This document shows, piece after piece, positions 49,837 through 57,783 of a stretch of 58,160 nt of DNA. The translations under genes and the position numbers were made by a program. The notes below the pieces were generated by a model, which searched no databases, was not told the origin of the DNA, and saw nothing but the letters and a program-made list of their open reading frames with translations. Position 1 is the stretch's first letter; each line of letters starts with the position of its first letter. The DNA is from Gaiellaceae bacterium (lineage in GTDB: Bacteria > Actinomycetota > Thermoleophilia > Gaiellales > Gaiellaceae): contig DATLYP010000069.1 of NCBI GenBank assembly GCA_035574655.1, positions 1 to 58,160 on the forward strand, written 5' to 3'.

Positions 49837-50819
49837 GCGGGCCGCGCGAGCCGCTGCACGAGGTCGCGCGGATCGCCCACGCCGAGCTGCTCACGCCCGC
49901 GCCGGAGGAGAGCCTCCGCTTCTTCCGGGACGTGCTCGGGATGGAGGAGGAGGCGCGCGCAGGCCAGTCGGTCTTCCTCCGCGGCTGGGGCGACTACCTG
50001 CGCTACAGCCTCAAGCTCACGGAGGCCCCGCAGGCCGGCCTGGGCCACGTCGCGCTCCGCGCCTGGAGCCCGGCCGCGCTCGAGCGACGCGTGGCCGCGC
50101 TCGAGGCGGCGGGCGCCGGCACCGGGTGGATCGAGGGCGACGTCGGCCACGGGCCCGCCTACCGTTTCACCGACCCGGACGGGCACGTCTTCGAGCTCCT
50201 CTACGAGGCGGAGCGGTACGTTCCGCCCGAGCACCTGCGTCCGTCTTGGCGGAACCAGCCGCAGCGCTACGTCGGCCGGGGCGCGGCGGTGAAGCGGCTC
50301 GACCACGTCAACCTGCTCGCCGCCGACGTGCGCGCGAACCGGGAGTTCGCGCAGGAGCTCCTCGGCTACCGCCTGTACGAGCGGATCGAGCTCGACGACG
50401 GCACCGAGGCGGGCGCCTGGCTCAGCCTCACGATCGCCGCCCACGAGCTGATCTACGTCGCCGACGCCTACCGCGCCCGTGGGCGCCTCCACCACCTCGC
50501 CTTCTGGGTGGACACGCGCGAGGAGTGCCTGCGCGCCGCCGACCTCTTCGTCGAGCACGGGGTCCCGATCGAGGCCGCCCCCTCCAAACACGGGATCGCC
50601 CAGGGCTTCTTCCTCTACGGCTTCGAGCCGGGGGGCAACCGGATCGAGGTGACGACGGGCGGCTACTTCGTCTACGACCCGGACTTCGAGCCGATCACGT
50701 GGTCGGCCGCCGAGCGCGCCCGCGGCCAGTACTGGGGCGTGAAGACGGTCGAGAGCTTTCACACGTACGGGACGCCCGACGTGGCCGGGGGAGGCGGCGG
50801 GCCGGGCGCCCCGCGATAG
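49833..50819 (+). CDS. Type I extradiol ring-cleavage dioxygenase (two-domain VOC, catechol 2,3-dioxygenase-like)
   Basis: Two glyoxalase/VOC repeats: IAHAELLTP..SLRFFRDVLGM...GLGHVALR, and RLDHVNLLAADV...REFAQELLGYRL...LHHLAFWV...GFEPGGNRIEV. Confidence 0.75.
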   Translation: MSGPREPLHEVARIAHAELLTPAPEESLRFFRDVLGMEEEARAGQSVFLRGWGDYLRYSLKLTEAPQAGLGHVALRAWSPAALERRVAALEAAGAGTGWIEGDVGHGPAYRFTDPDGHVFELLYEAERYVPPEHLRPSWRNQPQRYVGRGAAVKRLDHVNLLAADVRANREFAQELLGYRLYERIELDDGTEAGAWLSLTIAAHELIYVADAYRARGRLHHLAFWVDTREECLRAADLFVEHGVPIEAAPSKHGIAQGFFLYGFEPGGNRIEVTTGGYFVYDPDFEPITWSAAERARGQYWGVKTVESFHTYGTPDVAGGGGGPGAPR

Positions 50820-50823
50820 GGTG

Positions 50824-50834
50824 TTTGCATACAG
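50824..50834. promoter_or_regulatory. TTTGCATACAG motif upstream of pobA
   Basis: This is the same 11-mer as at 44532-44542. It lies 58 nt upstream of the pobA GTG, in the only sizeable gap (72 nt) of the 46.7-57.8 kb + strand gene string. Confidence 0.3.
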
Positions 50835-50891
50835 GTGCGAGGGCGAGGCGAGACGACGGCGAGGCGCGCGTAGGCGCGCCGGGACGCGGGC

Positions 50892-52061
50892 GTGCGCACG
50901 CAGGTGGGGATCGTCGGAGCCGGGCCCGCGGGCCTCACCCTCGGCCACCTGCTCGCCCGGGAGGGGATCGAGTCGGTCGTGCTCGAGTCGCGGTCGCGGG
51001 AGTACGTGGAGCACCGGATCCGGGCCGGCGTCCTGGAGCAGGGCTCGGCGCAGCTCCTGCGCGACGCGGGCGTCGGCGAGCGCATGGACCGGGAGGGGAT
51101 GGTGCACGGCGGCATCTACCTGCAGTTCGGGGGAGAGCGCCACCACGTGCCGATGCGCGAGCTCACCGGCGCCGCCATCCTCATCTACGGCCAGACCGAG
51201 ATCGTGAAGGACCTGATCGCGGCGCGGCTCCAGGCGGGGCTTCCCCTCCTCTTCGAGGCGGAGGCGGTCGCGGTGCGCGGCCTGGAGAGCGAGCGCCCGC
51301 GCGTCGAGTTCGTGCACGAGGGGCGGCGGGAGGAGCTCGAGTGCGACGTCGTCGCGGGCTGCGACGGCTTCCACGGCGTCTGTCGGGAGTCGATCCCGCG
51401 CGGAGCCCTGCGCTCGTACGTCCGCGAGTACCCGTTCGGCTGGCTCGGCATCCTCGCCCGGGTGGCCCCCTCGACGGACGAGCTCGTGTACGCCCACTCG
51501 GACCGCGGCTTCGCCCTCCTCTCGCTGCGCTCGCCGCAGCTCTCCCGCTACTACCTGCAGGTGGCCCACGACGAGGACGTCGCCGAGTGGCCCGACGAGC
51601 GCATCTGGGAGGAGCTCGCGCGCCGCACCGCGCTCGAAGGGTGGACGCTCGCGGAGGGGCCGATCCTGGAGAAGGGCGTGACCGGGATGCGCAGCTTCGT
51701 CTGCGAGCCGATGCAGTACGGGCGCCTCTTCCTGGCCGGCGACGCCGCGCACATCGTCCCGCCGACGGGAGCGAAGGGGCTGAACCTGGCCCTGCGCGAC
51801 GTGCAGGTGCTCGCGGAGGCGCTCATCGCCTGGTACCGGCGCGGCGACCGCTCGGCGCTCGAGCGCTACTCGGAGCGCTGCCTGCGCCGCGTCTGGCGCT
51901 TCGAGCACTTCGCCTGGTGGATGACGACCATGCTCCACCTCGACCCGGGCGGGGACGAGTTCGACCGCAGGCTGCAGCTCGCGCAGCTCCGGCACGTGAC
52001 CGGATCGCGCGCGGCGGCGACGGCGCTGGCCGAGAACTACACGGGGGTCGTCGCTGTCTAG
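50892..52061 (+). CDS. pobA: 4-hydroxybenzoate 3-monooxygenase
   Basis: MRTQVGIVGAGPAGLTLGHLLAREGIESVVLE (FAD GxGxxG) and RLFLAGDAAHIVPPTGAKGLNLA. The 389-aa length and overall pattern are classic PobA. Confidence 0.9.
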   Translation: MRTQVGIVGAGPAGLTLGHLLAREGIESVVLESRSREYVEHRIRAGVLEQGSAQLLRDAGVGERMDREGMVHGGIYLQFGGERHHVPMRELTGAAILIYGQTEIVKDLIAARLQAGLPLLFEAEAVAVRGLESERPRVEFVHEGRREELECDVVAGCDGFHGVCRESIPRGALRSYVREYPFGWLGILARVAPSTDELVYAHSDRGFALLSLRSPQLSRYYLQVAHDEDVAEWPDERIWEELARRTALEGWTLAEGPILEKGVTGMRSFVCEPMQYGRLFLAGDAAHIVPPTGAKGLNLALRDVQVLAEALIAWYRRGDRSALERYSERCLRRVWRFEHFAWWMTTMLHLDPGGDEFDRRLQLAQLRHVTGSRAAATALAENYTGVVAV

Positions 52062-52071
52062 GGCGACGCTG

Positions 52072-52908
52072 ATGCCGCTCGCGGAGGCCGTCGCCCGCGA
52101 CGTGCGGGACGGGGACACGGTCGCCTTGGAGGGGTTCACGCACCTGATCCCGCACGCCGCCGGGCACGAGCTGATCCGCCAAGGCCGGCGCGAGCTCACG
52201 CTCGTGCGCATGACCCCGGACGTGATCTACGACCAGCTGATCGGCATGGGCTGCGCGCGCAAGCTCGTCTTCTCCTGGGGCGGCAACCCGGGGGTCGGCT
52301 CCCTGCATCGGCTGCGGGACGCGGTCGAGAACGGCTGGCCGGCCCCGCTCGAGCTCGAGGAGCACTCGCACACGGGGATGGCGGCCGCCTACGCGGCGGG
52401 CGCCGCGAACCTCCCCTTCGGCGTGCTCCGCGGCTACGAGGGCACCGACCTGGCGGCACGGACGCGCGTCGCGACCATCGCCTGCCCCTTCACCGGGGAG
52501 CGCGTGCGCGCCGTGCCCGCGCACCGGCCGGACGTGGGGATCGTGCACGCCCAGCGGGCCGACCGGCGCGGCAACGTGCAGCTGTGGGGGATCCTCGGCG
52601 TCCAGAAGGAGGTGGTGCTCGCCTCCCGGCGCGCGATCGTGACCGTCGAGGAGGTCGTGGACGAGCTCGAGCCCCTGCCCGGCGCGATCGTGCTTCCCTC
52701 CTGGGTGGTCGGCGCCGTCTGCCCGGCGCCCGGGGGCGCCCATCCCTCCTACGCGCACGGCTACTACGACCGGGACAACGACTTCTATCGCCGCTGGGAC
52801 GCCATCAGCCGCGACCGGGACGTGTTTCGGCAGTGGATGGAGCGGCACGTGCTCGGAACCGCGGACGTCGTCGAGTACCGGCGGAGCCTGGAGGCAGCGG
52901 CCGCGTGA
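52072..52908 (+). CDS. pcaI: CoA-transferase subunit A (3-oxoadipate CoA-transferase, glutaconate-CoA-transferase-like type)
   Basis: VRDGDTVALEGFTHLIPHAAGHELIRQG..LTLVRMTPD...GNPGVGSLHRLRDAVE...VGIVHAQRADRRGNVQLWG. It sits within the pca operon. Confidence 0.7.
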   Translation: MPLAEAVARDVRDGDTVALEGFTHLIPHAAGHELIRQGRRELTLVRMTPDVIYDQLIGMGCARKLVFSWGGNPGVGSLHRLRDAVENGWPAPLELEEHSHTGMAAAYAAGAANLPFGVLRGYEGTDLAARTRVATIACPFTGERVRAVPAHRPDVGIVHAQRADRRGNVQLWGILGVQKEVVLASRRAIVTVEEVVDELEPLPGAIVLPSWVVGAVCPAPGGAHPSYAHGYYDRDNDFYRRWDAISRDRDVFRQWMERHVLGTADVVEYRRSLEAAAA

Positions 52909-53621
52909 CCGCGCCCGCCTACACCGCCGACGAGATGATGGCGATCGAGGCCGCCCGCCGGCTGCGGGACGGCAGCGTCTGCTTCGTCGGCATCGGCCTC
53001 CCCAGCCTCGCCTGCAACCTCGCGCGCGCCACGCACGCCCCGGAGACGGTGCTCGTGTACGAGAGCGGCACGATCGGGGCGAAGCCGCGGGAGCTTCCGC
53101 TCTCGATCGGCGACGGCGAGCTCGCCGAGACGGCGGACGTCGTCGTCTCCGTCCCGGAGATGTTCGCCTACTGGCTGCAGGGAGGGCGCATCGACGTGGG
53201 CTTTCTCGGCGCCGCCCAGATCGACCGGTACGGCAACCTGAACAGCACGGTGATCGGCAGCTACGACCGACCCAGGGTGCGGCTGCCCGGCGGGGGAGGC
53301 GCGCCGGAGATCGCGACCCAGGCGCGCGAGGTGTTCGTCATGCTCCGCCACAGCCCCCGCGCGTTCGTCGAGCGGCTCGACTTCCGCACGAGCTCCGGCG
53401 AGCGCGTGCGCGTCGTCGTCACCGACCTCGGCGTGCTCGAGCCACGCGGCCGCGAGCGCGAGCTGACGCTGACCCGCGTCCACCCCGGCGTCTCCGCCGA
53501 GCAGGCGCGGGCGGCCACCGGCTGGCCGCTCCGCGTCGCCGACGACCTGCGGGAGACCGAGCCCCCGAGCGAGCGCGAGCTGGCCGCGCTCCGCTCCCTG
53601 AAGACGAAAGGAGCCGCATGA
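52905..53621 (+). CDS. pcaJ: CoA-transferase subunit B
   Basis: GTG overlapping the previous stop. FVGIGLPSLACNLA...VLVYESGTIGAKP...GAAQIDRYGNLNSTVIG...RLPGGGGAPEIA. Confidence 0.7.
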   Translation: MTAPAYTADEMMAIEAARRLRDGSVCFVGIGLPSLACNLARATHAPETVLVYESGTIGAKPRELPLSIGDGELAETADVVVSVPEMFAYWLQGGRIDVGFLGAAQIDRYGNLNSTVIGSYDRPRVRLPGGGGAPEIATQAREVFVMLRHSPRAFVERLDFRTSSGERVRVVVTDLGVLEPRGRERELTLTRVHPGVSAEQARAATGWPLRVADDLRETEPPSERELAALRSLKTKGAA

Positions 53622-54298
53622 CCGCCGTTCCCGGCCTCGACCCCGACCCGCCCTACCTGTACCCCGACTACGTCGCCACGCGGACGCGGGCGCCGCGGCG
53701 CCCGCTGCTCCCGCTCCCCGAGGAGCTGCACTCGCTCGAGGCGCCGGTCTTCGGGGAGGACGCCCTCGACCCGAACGACGCCGACCTCACCGCCCACGGC
53801 GAGGGGCCGCCGCTCGGGGAGCGGATCATCGTCTCCGGCCGGCTCGTGGACGAGGACGGGCGGCCGATCCCGAACGCGCTGATCGAGATCTGGCAGGCGA
53901 ACGCGGCCGGCCGCTACCGGCACGAGGTCGACCGCCACCCGGCTCCGCTCGACCCCAACTTCACGGGCGCCGGAAGGACGCTGACCGACGCCGACGGCCG
54001 CTACCGCTTCCTCACGATCAAGCCGGGCGCCTACCCGTGGAAGAACCACCCGAACGCGTGGCGGCCCGCCCACATCCACTTCTCCGTCTTCGGACGGGCG
54101 TTCACGCAGCGGCTCGTCACCCAGATGTACTTCCCGGGCGACCCGCTCTTCCCCTACGACCCCATCTTCAACTCGGTTCGCGACCCGGCCGCGCGCGAGC
54201 TGCTCGTGGCGGCCTTCGACCTGGAGGCGACGGAGCCGGAGTGGGCGCTCGCGTACCGCTTCGACATCGTCCTCCGCCGAACCCCCTTCGAGCCATGA
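53618..54298 (+). CDS. pcaH: Protocatechuate 3,4-dioxygenase beta subunit
   Basis: IEIWQANAAGRYRHEVD...LDPNFTGAGRTLTDADGRYRFLTIKPGAYPWKNHPNAWRPAHIHFSVFG is the PcaH signature. Confidence 0.9.
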   Translation: MTAVPGLDPDPPYLYPDYVATRTRAPRRPLLPLPEELHSLEAPVFGEDALDPNDADLTAHGEGPPLGERIIVSGRLVDEDGRPIPNALIEIWQANAAGRYRHEVDRHPAPLDPNFTGAGRTLTDADGRYRFLTIKPGAYPWKNHPNAWRPAHIHFSVFGRAFTQRLVTQMYFPGDPLFPYDPIFNSVRDPAARELLVAAFDLEATEPEWALAYRFDIVLRRTPFEP

Positions 54299-54702
54299 GG
54301 ACGCCCTCGCAGACGGCCGGGCCGTTCCTCTCGATCGGGCTCGCGCGGCGCGTGCAGAACGAGCTTCCCGGGGGGAGCGTGCCGCTGCGGGGCTACGTCT
54401 GGGACGGCGAGGGCCGGCCCGTGGACGACGCGCTCGTCGAGCTCTGGAACCCCGCCTTCGGCTTCGCCCGCTGCCCGACGGACGCGGAGGGCGGGTTCAC
54501 CTTCCTGCTCCCGCCCGCGGCCCGCCGCTTCGAGGTGATGGTCTTCGCGCGCGGGCTGCTCAAGCCCGTCCTCACCCGGCTGTACGCCCCGCCCGGCGAG
54601 GGGGCCGAGGATCCGACGATGGTCGCCCGCCCGGAGGGGGACGGCCTGCGCTTCGACGTGCACCTGCAGGGCGAGCGGGAGACGGCGTTCTTTGAGCTCT
54701 GA
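54295..54702 (+). CDS. pcaG: Protocatechuate 3,4-dioxygenase alpha subunit (short, 135 aa)
   Basis: Internal ATG (M87) of ORF 54037..54702, overlapping the pcaH stop. TPSQTAGPFLSIGL...LRGYVWDGEGRPVDDALVELWN...GGFTF...VMVFARGLLKPVLTRLY. Confidence 0.8.
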   Translation: MRTPSQTAGPFLSIGLARRVQNELPGGSVPLRGYVWDGEGRPVDDALVELWNPAFGFARCPTDAEGGFTFLLPPAARRFEVMVFARGLLKPVLTRLYAPPGEGAEDPTMVARPEGDGLRFDVHLQGERETAFFEL

Positions 54703-55813
54703 CTCGCTCTTCCGGCCGATCTTCGTCCCGGACGAGCTGCGCGAGGCGCTCTCCGCCCGCGCCTGGCTGCAGGCGATGCTCGACGCCGAGCGCGCCCTCG
54801 CCGCCGCCATGGGCGTGGACGGGGTGGCGGCGGCCTGCGACGCCTCGCTGTACGACCCGGCGGCGATCGCGGAGGAGGCGCGGGGGCCGGGGAACCCGGT
54901 CGAGCCGCTCGTGCGCGCGCTCCGGGAGCGGAGCGGGGCGGCGGAGGCGCACCGGGGGGCGACGAGCCAGGACATCCTGGACACGGCCGCGGTGCTCGTC
55001 GCGCGGCGGGCGCGCGGGCTCGTCCTCCGCGAGCTGGACGCGGCGGCCAGCGCCTGCGCCCGCCTGGCCGAGGAGCACCGGGCGACGGTCATGCCCGCCC
55101 GCACGCTCCTGCAGCAGGCGGTTCCCACCACCTTCGGCCTGAAGGCGGCGGGCTGGCTGGTCGCCCTGCTCGACGCCCGCCGCCGGCTCGTCGCCTGGAC
55201 GCCGGTCGCGCAGCTCGGGGGCGCCGCCGGCACGCTCGCCCTGCTCGGGGAGCGGGGGCCTGCGGCGCTCGCCGCGTACGCCCGCGAGCTCGGGCTCGCC
55301 GAGCCGGAGCTGCCCTGGCACGCGACCCGGACGCCGCTCCGCGAGCTCGTCGCCGCCTGCGAGGCGGTCGCCGGCGCCTGCGCGAAGGTGGCGCTCGACC
55401 TCGTCCTCCTCGCCCAGACCGAGGTCGGGGAGGTCCGCGTCCCGGACGGGGCGTCCTCGACGATGCCGCACAAGCGGAACCCGGTCGCCCCCGTCCTCGC
55501 CCGGGCCTGCGCGTTGCGGGTGCGCGCGCTCGCTGGCACGTTCACGGGCGAGCACGAGCACGAGCGGGCGGCCGGCGCCTGGCACGCGGAGTGGGAGGCG
55601 CTCGCTGACGTGCTCGCGCTCACGGGTGGCGCCGCCTTCCACGTCCGGCGCGCCCTCGAAGGCCTCGAGGTCGAGCGCGAGCGCATGCGCGGGAACCTGC
55701 GGCCGGAAGCGCTCTCCGAGGCGGGGCGCGACGTCGCGCCGGAGGAGTACCTGGGGTCGGCGTCCGTCTTCGTCGACCGCGCGCTCGCCCGCTTCCGCGC
55801 CGACCTGGGATGA
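54692..55813 (+). CDS. pcaB: 3-carboxy-cis,cis-muconate cycloisomerase (fumarase/lyase class II family)
   Basis: GATSQDILDTAAVL, MPARTLLQQAVPTTFG and GASSTMPHKRNPV are the lyase_1 signatures. A TTG start is proposed at 54692, so the start is uncertain. Confidence 0.8.
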   Translation: MSSDSLFRPIFVPDELREALSARAWLQAMLDAERALAAAMGVDGVAAACDASLYDPAAIAEEARGPGNPVEPLVRALRERSGAAEAHRGATSQDILDTAAVLVARRARGLVLRELDAAASACARLAEEHRATVMPARTLLQQAVPTTFGLKAAGWLVALLDARRRLVAWTPVAQLGGAAGTLALLGERGPAALAAYARELGLAEPELPWHATRTPLRELVAACEAVAGACAKVALDLVLLAQTEVGEVRVPDGASSTMPHKRNPVAPVLARACALRVRALAGTFTGEHEHERAAGAWHAEWEALADVLALTGGAAFHVRRALEGLEVERERMRGNLRPEALSEAGRDVAPEEYLGSASVFVDRALARFRADLG

Positions 55814-56523
55814 GGCTGCACCGTGTCCTGGAGGGCGAGGGCCCGCCGCTCCTTCTCTCCTCCTCGCTCGGGACGACGCACCGGCTCTGGGACACGAACG
55901 TGGGCGCGCTCGCCCGCCGCTTCCGGGTCGTCCGCTACGACCATCCGGGCCACGGGGGGTCGCCGCCCGGCCCGCGCACGATCGAGGGCCTCGCGCGGGC
56001 GGCGCTCTCCCTGCTCGACGAGCTCGGCTTGGAGCGGGTGGCCTTCTGCGGCCTCTCGCTCGGCGGCATGGTCGGCATGTGGCTCGGCGCGCACGCGCCG
56101 GAGCGCCTCGACCGGCTCGTGCTCGCCTGCACCGCGCCCCGCCTGCCGCCCGCCGAGCAGTGGCTGGAGCGGGCTGAGACCGTGCGCCGGGAGGGGATGG
56201 AGGCGATCGCGGACGCGGTTCTCGCGCGCTGGTTCACGCCGGGCTTCGCCGGCGACCGGGCCCCCTGGCGGGCGATGCTCGTCTCCACGCCCCCGGAGGG
56301 GTACGCGCGCTGCTGCGAGGCGATCGCGGCCGCCGACTTGCGCGCGGAGCTGCGGGCGGTCAGGGTCCCGCTCACGGTGATCCTCGGCCGCCACGACCCG
56401 GTGATCGGCGACGAGGCGCGGCGCCTGCTCGCCGAGGCCGGGCCCGTCGTCGAGCTCGACGCCGCCCACCTCGCGAACGTCGAGCAGCCGGAGGCCTTCG
56501 CCGAGGCGGTGCTCGCCGCGTGA
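55810..56523 (+). CDS. pcaD: 3-oxoadipate enol-lactonase (alpha/beta hydrolase)
   Basis: PPLLLSSSLGTTHRLWD, nucleophile elbow FCGLSLGGMVG, C-terminal AAHLANVEQPEAF. It sits between pcaB and pcaC. Confidence 0.8.
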   Translation: MRLHRVLEGEGPPLLLSSSLGTTHRLWDTNVGALARRFRVVRYDHPGHGGSPPGPRTIEGLARAALSLLDELGLERVAFCGLSLGGMVGMWLGAHAPERLDRLVLACTAPRLPPAEQWLERAETVRREGMEAIADAVLARWFTPGFAGDRAPWRAMLVSTPPEGYARCCEAIAAADLRAELRAVRVPLTVILGRHDPVIGDEARRLLAEAGPVVELDAAHLANVEQPEAFAEAVLAA

Positions 56524-56915
56524 GCTACGAGGAGGGCATGCGGGTCCGGCGGGAGGTGCTCGGGGACGAGCACGTCGAGCGCGCGCTCGCGCGGACGACG
56601 GACTTCACCCGCGACTTCCAGGATCTGATCACGCGCTACGCCTGGGGGGAGATCTGGGCGCGGCCCGGCCTCGACCGGAGGACGCGGAGCTGCGTCACGC
56701 TCGCGGCCCTCGTCGCCCTCGGACGCGACGAGGAGCTCGCGCTGCACGTGCGCGCCGCGCTCCGGAACGGGCTGACCGTCGACGAGATCAAGGAGGTCCT
56801 CCTGCAGACCGCGATCTACTGCGGCGTGCCCGCCGCCAACTCGGCGTTCGCGGTCGCCCAACGGGTGCTGGGGGAGACGCCCCAGTGGCCGACGGGAGAG
56901 CGGCGGCGGCCGTGA
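56520..56915 (+). CDS. pcaC: 4-carboxymuconolactone decarboxylase
   Basis: FQDLITRYAWGEIWARPGLDRRTRSCVTLAALVALGRDEELALHVRAALRNGLTVDEIKEVLLQTAIYCGVPAAN is the CMD family signature. Confidence 0.85.
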   Translation: MSYEEGMRVRREVLGDEHVERALARTTDFTRDFQDLITRYAWGEIWARPGLDRRTRSCVTLAALVALGRDEELALHVRAALRNGLTVDEIKEVLLQTAIYCGVPAANSAFAVAQRVLGETPQWPTGERRRP

Positions 56916-57535
56916 TCCCGGCGCGAGACGAGGCCCTCGTGGCGGCGCTCCGGGCGGGCGACCGGGACGTCCTCGCCCGCCTCGTCCGCGGCTGGTCGAA
57001 CGGGATGCTGCGCCTCGCCGCCGCCTACGTGGACGACCGCGCCGCGGCGGAGGAGGTCGTGCAGGACGCCTGGATCGCGGTGCTCGAGGGCATCGACCGC
57101 TTCCAGGGCCGGGCCGCCCTGCGGACGTGGGTCTTCCGCATCGTCGCCAACCTGGCCCGGAGACGCGCGGCGCGGGAGCGGCGCACCGTGCCCCTCTCCG
57201 CTCTCGGCGGCGCGGACGAGCCGCCTGTGGAGCCGGAGCGGTTCGTGGCGGCCGGCCGCGCGCTCGCCGGGCACTGGGCGGACCCGCCGCGGGCGCTCAC
57301 CGCGGAGGAGCGCCTGCTGGCGGCCGAGACGCGGGCGCGGCTGCTCGAGGCGATCCGCGACCTGCCCCCCGGCCAGCGGGCCGTGATCACCCTCCGCGAC
57401 GTCGACGGCTGGAGCGCGGAGGACGTCTGCGCGACGCTCGAGCTGACTCGGGCGAACCAGCGGGTGCTCCTGCACCGGGCGCGGAGCAGCGTCCGGCGTG
57501 CGCTCGCGCCGTACCTGGAGGAGGGCGGACGGTGA
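56912..57535 (+). CDS. ECF-type RNA polymerase sigma factor
   Basis: The GTG overlaps the pcaC stop. Region 2: AEEVVQDAWIAVLEGIDRFQGRAALRTWVFRIVANLA. Region 4: LPPGQRAVITLRDVDGWSAEDVCATLELTRANQRVLLHRARSSVR. Confidence 0.8.
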   Translation: MIPARDEALVAALRAGDRDVLARLVRGWSNGMLRLAAAYVDDRAAAEEVVQDAWIAVLEGIDRFQGRAALRTWVFRIVANLARRRAARERRTVPLSALGGADEPPVEPERFVAAGRALAGHWADPPRALTAEERLLAAETRARLLEAIRDLPPGQRAVITLRDVDGWSAEDVCATLELTRANQRVLLHRARSSVRRALAPYLEEGGR

Positions 57536-57783
57536 CCCTCGACCTCACCTGCCGCGAGCTCGTCGAGTTCGCCAGCGACTACCTGGAGCAGGCGCTCCCC
57601 GCGCGGGAGCGCGTGCGCTGCGAGCAGCACCTCGTCCTCTGCACCGGCTGCGCCCGCTATTTGGATCAGATGCGCGCCGTCGTCCGGCTCGCGGGGACGC
57701 TCGCCGCCGAGGACGAGCTCGGCGAGGCCGGCCGCGAGCGCCTGCTCGCGGCGCTCGACGCGTGGAGGTCGCGCCGGCGGTGA
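57532..57783 (+). CDS. Anti-sigma factor, zf-HC2 type (83 aa)
   Basis: The GTG overlaps the sigma stop. LTCRELVEFASDYLEQALPARERVRCEQHLVLCTGCARYLDQMR carries the H-x3-C-x2-C zinc-binding anti-sigma motif. Confidence 0.7.
   Translation: MTLDLTCRELVEFASDYLEQALPARERVRCEQHLVLCTGCARYLDQMRAVVRLAGTLAAEDELGEAGRERLLAALDAWRSRRR

Noticed and set aside
49791-56469. Long minus-strand ORFs 49791..52211 (806 aa) and 54154..56469 (771 aa) across the pob/pca operon
   Set aside because: They are antisense to pobA, pcaIJ and pcaHGBD, all of which have strong family signatures. Their translations are low-complexity.
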